DNA of 64,000 nucleotides, from contig CAYICZ010000002.1 in assembly GCA_964362195.1 (NCBI GenBank), forward strand, positions 63-64,062, given 5' to 3'. The position numbers and the translations under genes are program-made. The notes below the pieces were generated by a model. It was not told the DNA's origin. It saw only the letters and a program-made list of their open reading frames with translations, and did not search any database. This stretch comes from an uncultured Gammaproteobacteria bacterium (lineage in GTDB: Bacteria; Patescibacteriota; Microgenomatia; Daviesbacterales; UBA10151). Positions 9,822-18,141 of this stretch are shown piece after piece; position 1 is the stretch's first letter; each line of letters opens with the position of its first letter.

Positions 9822-9850
9822 TTGACTTCGGGTTAAATTTGGGGTAATGT
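9822..9850 (+). promoter_or_regulatory. sigma70-like promoter candidate (TTGACT-17-TAATGT)
   Basis: TTGACT at 9822-9827, 17-nt spacer, TAATGT at 9845-9850, upstream of ORF 9889. Confidence 0.3.
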
Positions 9851-9888
9851 AAATTAATGGATACAAATAGCACTATACCCTGAAGATA

Positions 9889-10149
9889 TTGGTCCGATCT
9901 GAAAAAAAACTCATTCAAGAAGGAAGTGAGGTGTACGAAAAAATCGTACAACTGAAATTAGAATCTCTGGATGGAAAAAAATATTTTACGGATGCGGCTG
10001 ATGTAGAAACACTTTTCAGACTTATTCAATCTGTTCCAAGCCCGAAAGCTGAACTTTCAAACTTGTTTATAGAGAATTTAATGAGGCAAATTAGAGAAGC
10101 AATAAAAAATAGACAATTTAAAAAATTAAGGATGAGTTGGTTAGATTAA
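9889..10149 (+). CDS. hypothetical protein
   Basis: 86-aa ORF downstream of a promoter-like site. Confidence 0.35.
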   Translation: MVRSEKKLIQEGSEVYEKIVQLKLESLDGKKYFTDAADVETLFRLIQSVPSPKAELSNLFIENLMRQIREAIKNRQFKKLRMSWLD

Positions 10150-10173
10150 AACCTCTGTTATACTCTAATACAT

Positions 10174-10197
10174 CGTAAACTGCTTGTAACGTTTACG
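10174..10197. promoter_or_regulatory. inverted repeat (cgtaaac-N10-gtttacg) upstream of the hicB-like gene; candidate operator
   Basis: 7-bp perfect inverted repeat followed by an extended -10-like tatggtatatt. Confidence 0.3.
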
Positions 10198-10222
10198 TTA
10201 TAAAGTATGGTATATTTTATGT

Positions 10223-10546
10223 ATGAAGAATTTAAAAACTCTTGAGCAACTACCAGCAGAATTAGATGTTAAAGTATCAAGAAATCCTAAAACTGGGATT
10301 TGGATTGCCCAGATTAAAAATCTAGACGTTTTTACAGAGGCAGAGGATCTAATAGGGTTGATTTACAATGTTAATGATCTGATTTATGCTTTTTTTGATA
10401 TTCCTAAAAAACTCCAACATAAAGTGTGGTATATGGCTCCTTATATTCAAGAAACCACTGCGCATAAACCAAAAATTCAGTTAGATGAACTAATAAAATT
10501 TAACATTTTGTTATCTCCAAAGTTACACCATACATATTTAAACTAA
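10223..10546 (+). CDS. HicB-like antitoxin candidate
   Basis: 107 aa, immediately upstream of a HicA-like ORF; weak N-terminal similarity to the HicB/RNaseH-like fold. Confidence 0.35.
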   Translation: MKNLKTLEQLPAELDVKVSRNPKTGIWIAQIKNLDVFTEAEDLIGLIYNVNDLIYAFFDIPKKLQHKVWYMAPYIQETTAHKPKIQLDELIKFNILLSPKLHHTYLN

Positions 10547-10552
10547 TACAAA

Positions 10553-10807
10553 ATGCCCCGAGTTTTTTCACCTGAAGAACTTTGTAAATTGTTAAAAGAC
10601 CAAAAGTTTGGTTCACAAGACCAAAATGCTACCAGTCATGTTAAATTCACTCATCCTGTTCCTAAAGCTGTTTCAATAGGCATTAGACCATTTATCATTG
10701 TAATACTAAAGAAGGGAAATTACGATCCTAATACTTCGGCAAGCTATAGAACTCAATTAAGAAGGCTAGGTATTCCCAGTGAGGTTATAAAAAAGTTTTT
10801 AGGATAA
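10553..10807 (+). CDS. HicA-like mRNA interferase toxin candidate
   Basis: 84 aa; KLLKDQKFGSQDQNATSHVKFTHP...GIPSE resembles the HicA (YcfA) consensus KLL...GW..vrqkGSH.f.hp...G. Confidence 0.5.
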   Translation: MPRVFSPEELCKLLKDQKFGSQDQNATSHVKFTHPVPKAVSIGIRPFIIVILKKGNYDPNTSASYRTQLRRLGIPSEVIKKFLG

Positions 10808-10831
10808 AAGCAATAGCAGATTCTGTTATGA

Positions 10832-10866
10832 AGAAAGAGGCTTTTTAGGGCCTCTTTCTTTTTTCA
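10832..10866. terminator. bidirectional intrinsic terminator
   Basis: agaaagaggc / gcctctttct 10-bp stem followed by tttttt; sits between convergent genes. Confidence 0.6.
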
Positions 10867-10887
10867 AATTCTTTGCAAAGAATTCTC

Positions 10888-11109
10888 TTAAACTACAGGT
10901 GCACCAGGCGTGGGCTGGTCGCCCAAAGGCGTGGGCTGATCGCCCAAAGGCGTGGGCTGGTCGCCCAAAGGAGCTGGTGTTTCAGGAGCTGGTGTTTCAG
11001 CAGGAGGAACCACTGGTTCATCCGAAGCTGATGGTGGAGTATAAGCTGTTCCACCCATAGGTGCATCTGTTGCCGGTGCAGCCGGTGCATTTGGATAATT
11101 TGGATTCAT
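10888..11109 (-). CDS. proline-rich small protein with three tandem LGDQPTP repeats
   Basis: 73 aa, no signal peptide; encoded by a 21-bp x3 DNA repeat plus a 15-bp x2 repeat. Confidence 0.45.
   Translation of the reverse strand: MNPNYPNAPAAPATDAPMGGTAYTPPSASDEPVVPPAETPAPETPAPLGDQPTPLGDQPTPLGDQPTPGAPVV
10907..10999. repeat. tandem repeats: 21-bp unit ggcgtgggctg[g/a]tcgcccaaa x3, then ggagctggtgtttca x2
   Basis: direct reading; units at 10907, 10928 and 10949, then 10970 and 10985. Confidence 0.85.
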
Positions 11110-11151
11110 AAAAATATCACCTCCTTTAATATAAGTTTATATTGCTAATGG

Positions 11152-12183
11152 TTGCGCGGTCAAGGGGCTTTTAGGTACTATAAGTATATGCCCGGCTGGA
11201 AAAAGGTTCAATCTAAAAGGAAAACTAGAAATAAAACAAGATTAGGTTTTATTGTCTTGGGACTGATAGCTTTGCTGATAGTGTTTTCTCAAATCTTCCA
11301 TTTTACTAAAACTTTACTTTCTCCCTGGAAAGCCTCCGGCTCTCAAAGAACTTATACCTGGGATGGACGATTTAATATTAATTTAGTCTTCCGCTCAAAG
11401 GGTGTTGCTTTTGTATCATATAATCCCACTGATCAAAAAATAGCCGTAGTGGATATTCCTGATCAAACTTATTTAGAAGCTGCGCATGGCTATGGTAAAT
11501 GGCAGCTTAGAGCACTATTTGATTTAGGAGGGGATCAACTGCTAAAAGATACTCTGAGTCAATTTCTGGCCCAACCGATTGACGGGTTTTTAGATTTCTC
11601 AGGTTCTTATAGAGATAAAAGTGCCAAAGAAATCATTGATCTGGTTAAGATAAGTCCCGGCAGACCTATTAATATATTGTCTAATTTAAAAACAGATTTA
11701 ACTTTAATGGAACTCGTGCGGCTGAAGTTTGGTTTGGCAGGTGTCAGGTTTGATAAACTAGTTCAAATTGATCTGCAGGATACCAAAGCTTTAACCAAAG
11801 ATCATCTGCTGGATGGAACAGAGATATTAGTAGCTGATCCAAATTTGCTGGATATATCTTTAGCTATCCTATCAGACCCAAAGATAAAAAATGAACACAA
11901 AACTATTGTACTTTTTAATGCAACAGATAAGCCTCTCTTTGCCCAAAAATGGGCCCGACTACTAACAAATATGGGAGGGGATGTGATTATTACCTCGAAT
12001 GCTAAAAAAAGAGTTGATAAAACAATAGTAGCAGGGGAAGCAAGTGAAACTTTAACAAGACTGCAACAAGTGTTTAATTTTGAGTGCGTGAGTGACAATT
12101 GTGATAAAATCCAAAAGACAGATGAGGATATGGCAGGGTCCAGGGGCCAGATTAGTATAAAACTGGCTTCGGATTTGCCTTAA
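11152..12183 (+). CDS. LytR-CpsA-Psr (LCP) family cell-envelope phosphotransferase
   Basis: N-terminal TM anchor; block NINLVFRSKG..VDIPDQTYLE..GYGKWQLRALFDLGG matches the LCP core (RsD..m...iPRD.yv...g..klN.ay..GG). Confidence 0.6.
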   Translation: MRGQGAFRYYKYMPGWKKVQSKRKTRNKTRLGFIVLGLIALLIVFSQIFHFTKTLLSPWKASGSQRTYTWDGRFNINLVFRSKGVAFVSYNPTDQKIAVVDIPDQTYLEAAHGYGKWQLRALFDLGGDQLLKDTLSQFLAQPIDGFLDFSGSYRDKSAKEIIDLVKISPGRPINILSNLKTDLTLMELVRLKFGLAGVRFDKLVQIDLQDTKALTKDHLLDGTEILVADPNLLDISLAILSDPKIKNEHKTIVLFNATDKPLFAQKWARLLTNMGGDVIITSNAKKRVDKTIVAGEASETLTRLQQVFNFECVSDNCDKIQKTDEDMAGSRGQISIKLASDLP

Positions 12184-12188
12184 ATAAA

Positions 12189-12872
12189 ATGTTCGCATTA
12201 ATCTTTTTATTTTTACTGGTAATCTTAATCTCTTTTTTTCTGGCTATATATTCAATGCATGATTTTGAGATAAAGCCAAATCTAAAGCTGGAATATGGGA
12301 CTTTCTTAATTAAAAATCCGACCAATTTAAACCCGGATACACTGACTCCTTTATTGGCTGATCTGGCTAAGGCAAATTTGTTAATTAGCTTTGAGAGACT
12401 GTTTAAAGGTCATGAGGGGGTTTTAGTTGTATACGGGCCTAAAAATATACTTTTGAGGTATCAAAATCAATTTAATTTTTTGGAACTGGAGGATTATACC
12501 GGCATAGATTTAAATCATATTGCAATTTGGGAGGTGGAGGTGCATGATAAACCTAATTTTAGAGATAAATTTCCTGACCTACTGCCTGATGAGCAAATTT
12601 GGTTCCAGATTATATTAAGGATAAACAAAAAAGATTTAAGTTTTTTCCCCACCAGAATTAGGGTGGTGCTTACTTCTCAAGATGAGAGTCGGTTAAAAGA
12701 GTTAACTAAAGACTTTCAAGAAAAATACAAATTAATTTTACCCAAAATTCCCCAGCCATATTCCAAATCTCAAATGTTTGAATTCTATAAGAAACGCAGC
12801 TTTATTAAAGAAGGGGGAGGTGATATTAATCTAGCGATAGAGGATATTTTAAACCTCTGGCTCTTCTTCTAA
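12189..12872 (+). CDS. hypothetical N-terminally anchored protein
   Basis: 227 aa with one N-terminal TM helix and no recognised motif. Confidence 0.4.
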   Translation: MFALIFLFLLVILISFFLAIYSMHDFEIKPNLKLEYGTFLIKNPTNLNPDTLTPLLADLAKANLLISFERLFKGHEGVLVVYGPKNILLRYQNQFNFLELEDYTGIDLNHIAIWEVEVHDKPNFRDKFPDLLPDEQIWFQIILRINKKDLSFFPTRIRVVLTSQDESRLKELTKDFQEKYKLILPKIPQPYSKSQMFEFYKKRSFIKEGGGDINLAIEDILNLWLFF

Positions 12873-13580
12873 GACTTCTTCCTCTTCATCATCATCTTGA
12901 TTTAAGTTAGGCAATATTTCAGAAGTTACAACTGAATCAGAATTATCCAAAAATGAGGGCTGATTTTTAAACTTTTTGCTTCTGTGGACCTCTTTTATCA
13001 AAATAGAGAGTCCGTTTACCTTAATTGATTTAATAAAAAGATCGTATTTATTGCCACCCTTTAACAATCTGAACATCAAATGAGATATATCATCCGGCAT
13101 CACTCCCATATAGTTTCCATTTAGGTCAACTATTGTAATGCCTCTGTTTTTAATCACCATCTCCACCCTCATGCCACAAAAAGCCTGAGACAGCTTTTGC
13201 GGTTCAGCAACTTTTAAGAGAGATACTATTTTTGTTTTTCCTGGTTCCTGCAGGAAAAGGGAAGGGGATAGCCTTGAATAACCATTTGTACCGGGTACAT
13301 ATTCAACCCCGTTAGGTTTAAAGGATTTAATAATTTTTAAGTTTTTTATAGCAATAGGATTATAAGGGTCAAACTTTAAGGCCTCAGAGTAATACTTTTT
13401 GGCTAAATTACCTTTTCCCATCTCCATATAAACCCTGGCCTGGCGGTTTAGCGCATCAACATTTTGCGGATCTGCTTTGATAATTTGTTTATTTATTTTT
13501 AGAGCCACATCCCAGTTGGAATTTAGCGCCGCATCTATGGCCTGATCATTTAAAAGGGTAAGATTAGGAGAAGTGTCCAT
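12849..13580 (-). CDS. TPR-repeat protein with acidic C-terminal tail
   Basis: TPR-like 34-aa periodicity (ALN..A.VY...G....A...Y..AL...P.N); C-terminus DDDEEEEVLEEEPEV. Confidence 0.55.
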   Translation of the reverse strand: MDTSPNLTLLNDQAIDAALNSNWDVALKINKQIIKADPQNVDALNRQARVYMEMGKGNLAKKYYSEALKFDPYNPIAIKNLKIIKSFKPNGVEYVPGTNGYSRLSPSLFLQEPGKTKIVSLLKVAEPQKLSQAFCGMRVEMVIKNRGITIVDLNGNYMGVMPDDISHLMFRLLKGGNKYDLFIKSIKVNGLSILIKEVHRSKKFKNQPSFLDNSDSVVTSEILPNLNQDDDEEEEVLEEEPEV

Positions 13581-13760
13581 CTAAGGGTTGAAGTATAAGG
13601 GTAAGTATTTTCCTTGTCAACGTTTCGCATTTAATTAGGGAATGGAGATTATTACTTTTTAGGAATTAAGAAGAAAACTATATAAAGATCCACTTGAGAA
13701 ATATTCATTTAACCTCCTCCAAAAGACTCATTACAAAATTATACTCTAGATGTTAAAATA

Positions 13761-14477
13761 GTGCACATGAGCGGACATAGTAAATGGTCAACTATCAAGC
13801 GGGCAAAAGGTGTGACAGATATTAAAAGGGGTCAAACTTTCACAAAACTTGCCAATGTTATTACTATTGCTGTGCGCCTGGGAGGCTCAGGTGACCCGGA
13901 TTCTAACCCAAGACTTCGGATGTCTATAGATGAAGCCCGTTCAGTTAATATGCCCAAAGAGAACATCCAGCGAGCCATAGATAGAGGTTTAGGAAAAGGA
14001 GAAGAAGCTAACTTGGAAGAGGTATTATATGAGGGATTTGGACCCTCTAAAGTAGCTGTAATTGTTGAAGGGTTGACTGATAATAAATCAAGGACCCTTC
14101 AGGAAGTAAAAAATATTTTTGAAAAAAGGGGTGGACATTTGGCAGGACAGGGTAGTGTGGCTTATATGTTTGAAAGAGTAGGGGAAATAAGGGTAAAGGG
14201 GAAAGGGGGAAGTGTAGAAGAAGAAACGTTGGAGTTAATAGACCTTGGTGCTAAAGATATACAAGGCTATTTAGTATATACAGAGAGCCCAGAATTAAAT
14301 ACTATGGGTAATAAAATTACTCAGGCTGGATATGGAGTAGAGAGCCAGGGTTTGATCTATAAACCAACTGTTTTTGTGGAAATTAATGATGAAGAAAGCG
14401 CAGACAAAGTTTTAGATTTTATTAAAAGACTAGAGGAGCTAGATGATATACAAAAAGTCTATACAAACTTACAATGA
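13761..14477 (+). CDS. yebC: YebC/PmpR-family transcriptional regulator
   Basis: MSGHSKWSTIKRAKG N-terminus is diagnostic. Confidence 0.9.
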   Translation: MHMSGHSKWSTIKRAKGVTDIKRGQTFTKLANVITIAVRLGGSGDPDSNPRLRMSIDEARSVNMPKENIQRAIDRGLGKGEEANLEEVLYEGFGPSKVAVIVEGLTDNKSRTLQEVKNIFEKRGGHLAGQGSVAYMFERVGEIRVKGKGGSVEEETLELIDLGAKDIQGYLVYTESPELNTMGNKITQAGYGVESQGLIYKPTVFVEINDEESADKVLDFIKRLEELDDIQKVYTNLQ

Positions 14478-15007
14478 TAATACTGGGAATTGATCCGGGA
14501 ACAGCTACAACAGGATATGGAGTAATAAAAATCCCTGATAATATTTTAAGCAGGGAATTTAAATATGATATTGAACTTATTACATATGGCAATATTCATA
14601 CTCCTAAAGAGAAGCTGATGCAGGATAGGCTGCATATGATTCATTTGGCGCTCACCAAAATAATAAAAGAATATAAGCCGGACCAGATGATTTCCGAGAT
14701 GCTGTTTTTCGGCGCTAATACCAGGACTGCCATTACCGTAGGGCAGGCAAGGGGAGTTATAATGTTAACCGCTGCCCAAAACAGGATTCCGTTTCAGGAT
14801 TACACCGGTCCGCAGATAAAATTAATGGTGGCAGGATCTGGCAGGGCAGATAAAAATCAGGTCCATGATGGGGTAAGAAAATTTTTAGGGAAGGTAGGCA
14901 GAAGAAGAAATAAACTAAAGGTAAGCTGGAAAGGCGGGCATCTGGATGATGCCACAGATGCGCTGGCCATAGCTATTTGTCATGTATTAAAGTTAGTAGC
15001 AAAATGA
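14474..15007 (+). CDS. ruvC: crossover junction endodeoxyribonuclease RuvC
   Basis: MIILGIDPGTATTGYGV RNase H-like start; yebC-ruvC synteny. Confidence 0.85.
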   Translation: MIILGIDPGTATTGYGVIKIPDNILSREFKYDIELITYGNIHTPKEKLMQDRLHMIHLALTKIIKEYKPDQMISEMLFFGANTRTAITVGQARGVIMLTAAQNRIPFQDYTGPQIKLMVAGSGRADKNQVHDGVRKFLGKVGRRRNKLKVSWKGGHLDDATDALAIAICHVLKLVAK

Positions 15008-15789
15008 AGTTTAATTTATTAAACAAACGTCAGAAAATCATAATAGCCTCAGTGTTATTAACTATAGGGTTACTTTCTACACAACTTGTGGACTTTAATT
15101 TAAGGTTTAAGTTTATAGCAGGCTTGTTTGTTCTATCATACATACTCTCCATTTGGGCTCTCTGGGAAGGACTAAATTTAACAAAAGCTATTGTTTTAAT
15201 AGTATTGCCGACTTTTTTTACAGTAGCTTTGGCAAGCTTTTATTTTCTGCTACCTGTTCGGTGGTTAACCAGATTGCCGGTTGCCGCTAGCTTTGGTTTA
15301 ATGTTCTACCTGCTGCTTTTGGCTCAAAACGTTTTCAATGTGGCATCACTCCGCACCATTCCCTTATACAGGGCAGCATCCACGGCCAGCTTTCTTTTTA
15401 CTCTTTTATCAGCATTCTTTCTATTTAATGTGATTTATGCTTTTAATTTATGGTTTTTTTGGAATGGGCTGGCTGTTTTTATTATTAGCTTTCCGCTTAT
15501 CTTGCAGGTTCTTTGGTCTATTCAAATGGAAGATCAGGTATCTAGCGCAATATTAGTCCAAAGCTTCATACTAAGTCTTATATTAGGGGAGTTAGCGTTG
15601 AGCTTTTCCTTTTGGCCAACACCTAATACTATCTGGCCGTTAATTCTTTCATCCTCAATGTATGTTTTGCTTGGACTTTCAACTCAAGTTTTAAAGGATA
15701 AAGTGAATAGGAGAGTAGTATGGGAATATTTAGGAATAGGGCTGGCAGTATTAATTCTTGGTTTTTTTACTACCTCCTGGACAGGATAA
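14977..15789 (+). CDS. hypothetical polytopic membrane protein
   Basis: 270 aa, about 8 TM helices. Confidence 0.45.
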   Translation: MSCIKVSSKMKFNLLNKRQKIIIASVLLTIGLLSTQLVDFNLRFKFIAGLFVLSYILSIWALWEGLNLTKAIVLIVLPTFFTVALASFYFLLPVRWLTRLPVAASFGLMFYLLLLAQNVFNVASLRTIPLYRAASTASFLFTLLSAFFLFNVIYAFNLWFFWNGLAVFIISFPLILQVLWSIQMEDQVSSAILVQSFILSLILGELALSFSFWPTPNTIWPLILSSSMYVLLGLSTQVLKDKVNRRVVWEYLGIGLAVLILGFFTTSWTG

Positions 15790-16481
15790 ATTAATTAGTT
15801 TAGATTGATTTGATAGTCCAAATGCAACAAGAAGTAGAGGAGCGTGAAAACTGTGAATAAATATCGTGAAAAGAAGAGATGATATGGTATGATGTAGTTG
15901 CCAGGCATGAATGTGGAAAACTATCGGTCTATGTATACAATTGCTAATAATAAAACCCGAACCCCTAGAGTAGAGATGTATCTATTTCTCTTGGAGGTTG
16001 CTCTAGACTATATGAAGTTCTGTGCTTTAAGTACACACTAGAAGTACATATTGATAATAAGCCTATTTCCTCTCTCTTTTCAGACTTCCCTGTATTTCGT
16101 TCGATGTCGCACAATATTAAGATTGAAGTAAACAGAGGAGAGGTATTCTTGGACTTTAAATATTTTTATTTATGTTAAAAGATAGGAAATTTGGAGAATA
16201 ATTTATTAGCTTTAAAAGTGGTAGTTCCCGTCCAAATTTTCCATAATCAAAAAAATTAAACTTTTAAATATATCAATAAAGCGTTTGGATTTTCCTGACA
16301 ATCTAATCTGGATGATGATAGATAGCCTTTATCCCCTGACAAGCCGTTTTTAGGGCCTTACAGGACCTCGTGCCTGAATAGGCTCAAGAAGGGAAATACC
16401 TTATAAGGATCTACCCGTTTAACGTGGTAACGTTACTTCACCACCAAAAATATTATAACTTTTCGTATTCATTTATGCACT

Positions 16482-16510
16482 TGACAGCCAGATTTAGGCA
16501 TGTTATTATT
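16482..16510 (+). promoter_or_regulatory. sigma70-like promoter candidate (TTGACA-17-TATTAT) for the recombinase gene
   Basis: TTGACA at 16482-16487, 17-nt spacer, TATTAT at 16505-16510. Confidence 0.35.
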
Positions 16511-16540
16511 CTTGTAATCAGCATTACACGAAGTTACAAT

Positions 16541-17542
16541 ATGCCCACTCCAACTAATCAAAATTTAAAAAATCAAACTCCACCCTCATCTTTAGATTTA
16601 ATAGATGACTTTTATTTATTTCTGCAAACCAACAACTATTCCCCTGCTACTATTTATCACTACAAAAATGATTTGGCAATTTTTGATAATTTTTTAAAAT
16701 CCAGAAATCTAAAAGTTAACGATTTAGATAAACGGTCTATATTTGAGTTTAAGGCTTATTTGTCATCAGATGACAGGCAAACAGCCACTACTCACCTTGA
16801 ATCTGCCCAAAGGTTATCCTCAGCAAGTATAAACAGGTGTCTTTCTGCAGTTAGGGCCTATATCCGATTTTTGATAGATCAGGATTATAAAACGCCGGTT
16901 TTTCCTGAGCAATTTAAGATGGTTAAAAGAGAACGTTCTCATCCGAACGTTGCAGAATTTAGTGAGTTAGTTTCCCTTATTGAATCCCCATCAACTATTG
17001 AACAGGATCCTGTAATTGCTGCGCGGAATAGAGCCATTCTGGAAGTTTTATTTGCAACAGGGATGCGTATCTCAGAACTTGTTTCCTTAAACAGAAGAGA
17101 TTTAAATGTTGAAGGAAAAATATTTATAACAGGAAAAGGACGGAAGCAAAGGTTTGTTTATCTGACAGAGCGTGCACAGTCCTATCTGGATCAATATTTG
17201 ACAATTAGGAAAGATAACCAGCAGGCCTTATTTGTTCCGACAAAAACAAGAAGTAAGGATAAACTTTCCTCAAGGTTAACCCCCAGATATGTTCAGGAGC
17301 GGCTTAAAACATACAGGGAAAAACTAAGAATAAACTTACCGACCACTCCGCATTCTTTCCGTCATGGTTTTGCAACATACTTAGCTGAAGAAGGAGCTTC
17401 CCCTGCTGCCATCCAGATATTACTTGGTCATGAGAGTTTGAATACCACCACCAGATACGTAAATGCATCGGATAAGTTTGCTCAGGAGTCACACCGCAAG
17501 TATCATCCTTTAGCTGAAAGGGCTTCAAGTGACGAGCGATGA
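16541..17542 (+). CDS. tyrosine site-specific recombinase (XerC/XerD-like integrase)
   Basis: C-terminal R..HSFRHGFAT...LLGH....TT.RY catalytic pentad pattern; start placed at the internal MPTPTNQ (16541), because the track N-terminus MVTLLHH... reads into the promoter. Confidence 0.8.
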   Translation: MPTPTNQNLKNQTPPSSLDLIDDFYLFLQTNNYSPATIYHYKNDLAIFDNFLKSRNLKVNDLDKRSIFEFKAYLSSDDRQTATTHLESAQRLSSASINRCLSAVRAYIRFLIDQDYKTPVFPEQFKMVKRERSHPNVAEFSELVSLIESPSTIEQDPVIAARNRAILEVLFATGMRISELVSLNRRDLNVEGKIFITGKGRKQRFVYLTERAQSYLDQYLTIRKDNQQALFVPTKTRSKDKLSSRLTPRYVQERLKTYREKLRINLPTTPHSFRHGFATYLAEEGASPAAIQILLGHESLNTTTRYVNASDKFAQESHRKYHPLAERASSDER

Positions 17543-18068
17543 TTTTGTAAAAATCTTCTACAGTAACTATACTCCAAGTATTGATTGGGCTAATATAGAT
17601 GAGATAACTTGGATGTATCAGGAAGAATTATTTACTATTTCTTCCAAGATTATTGCCTCTTCCGATGAATTTCTAAAAAAGTTAGATTTTGTTTTGGATT
17701 CCAAGAATGGATTAACAAGAAGCGGTGAAAGTGACGCACACCTGGCTTTAAAGTCCTTTGCTGCTGATTATTTAACTTCTAATTATGGTGTTTTGAAAGA
17801 AGAGGTGAAATTTGAATATCCCCTCATAGGATTTGAGGTTGATGTTATAGATAAGAATTTATTTTATCCTACGGAATGCGGAGATACAAATGCTTTAAAG
17901 CTTGAAAAATACCTTGTTCTGCCTGATACTAAAAAGATGTTAATTCTTCCCTATCCCCACTTTGGGAATGTAAAAGTATTTGAGTTTCAGGCTAATCCTA
18001 AATTTTTTAAATACATTAAACACAAACAAACTTTTCTAAATCAAAAAAACGCTAAATTCCGGAAGTAA
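17529..18068 (+). CDS. hypothetical protein
   Basis: 179 aa, overlaps the recombinase stop; no recognised domain. Confidence 0.4.
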   Translation: MTSDDFVKIFYSNYTPSIDWANIDEITWMYQEELFTISSKIIASSDEFLKKLDFVLDSKNGLTRSGESDAHLALKSFAADYLTSNYGVLKEEVKFEYPLIGFEVDVIDKNLFYPTECGDTNALKLEKYLVLPDTKKMLILPYPHFGNVKVFEFQANPKFFKYIKHKQTFLNQKNAKFRK

Positions 18069-18141
18069 AATCCGTTGTCGGACAATATTAATCCCTGCTG
18101 CTATTGACAAGCTCTTAGAATATGTGATTTAGTTAATTAAG

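Noticed and set aside
10893-11090. Alternative-frame 65-aa ORF overlapping the Pro-rich repeat protein
   Set aside because: Same strand, shifted frame through the same tandem repeats (gives a PRLWA repeat). At most one of the two is real and neither is verifiable here. Kept the longer one with a plausible start as a low-confidence feature.
16395-16450. ...gtaacgttacttcaccacca resembling a tRNA 3' end (ACCA) near the island boundary
   Set aside because: No acceptor stem or T-arm complementarity, and no GTTCRA T-loop. Only a 5-bp hairpin aacgt/acgtt. Not a tRNA.
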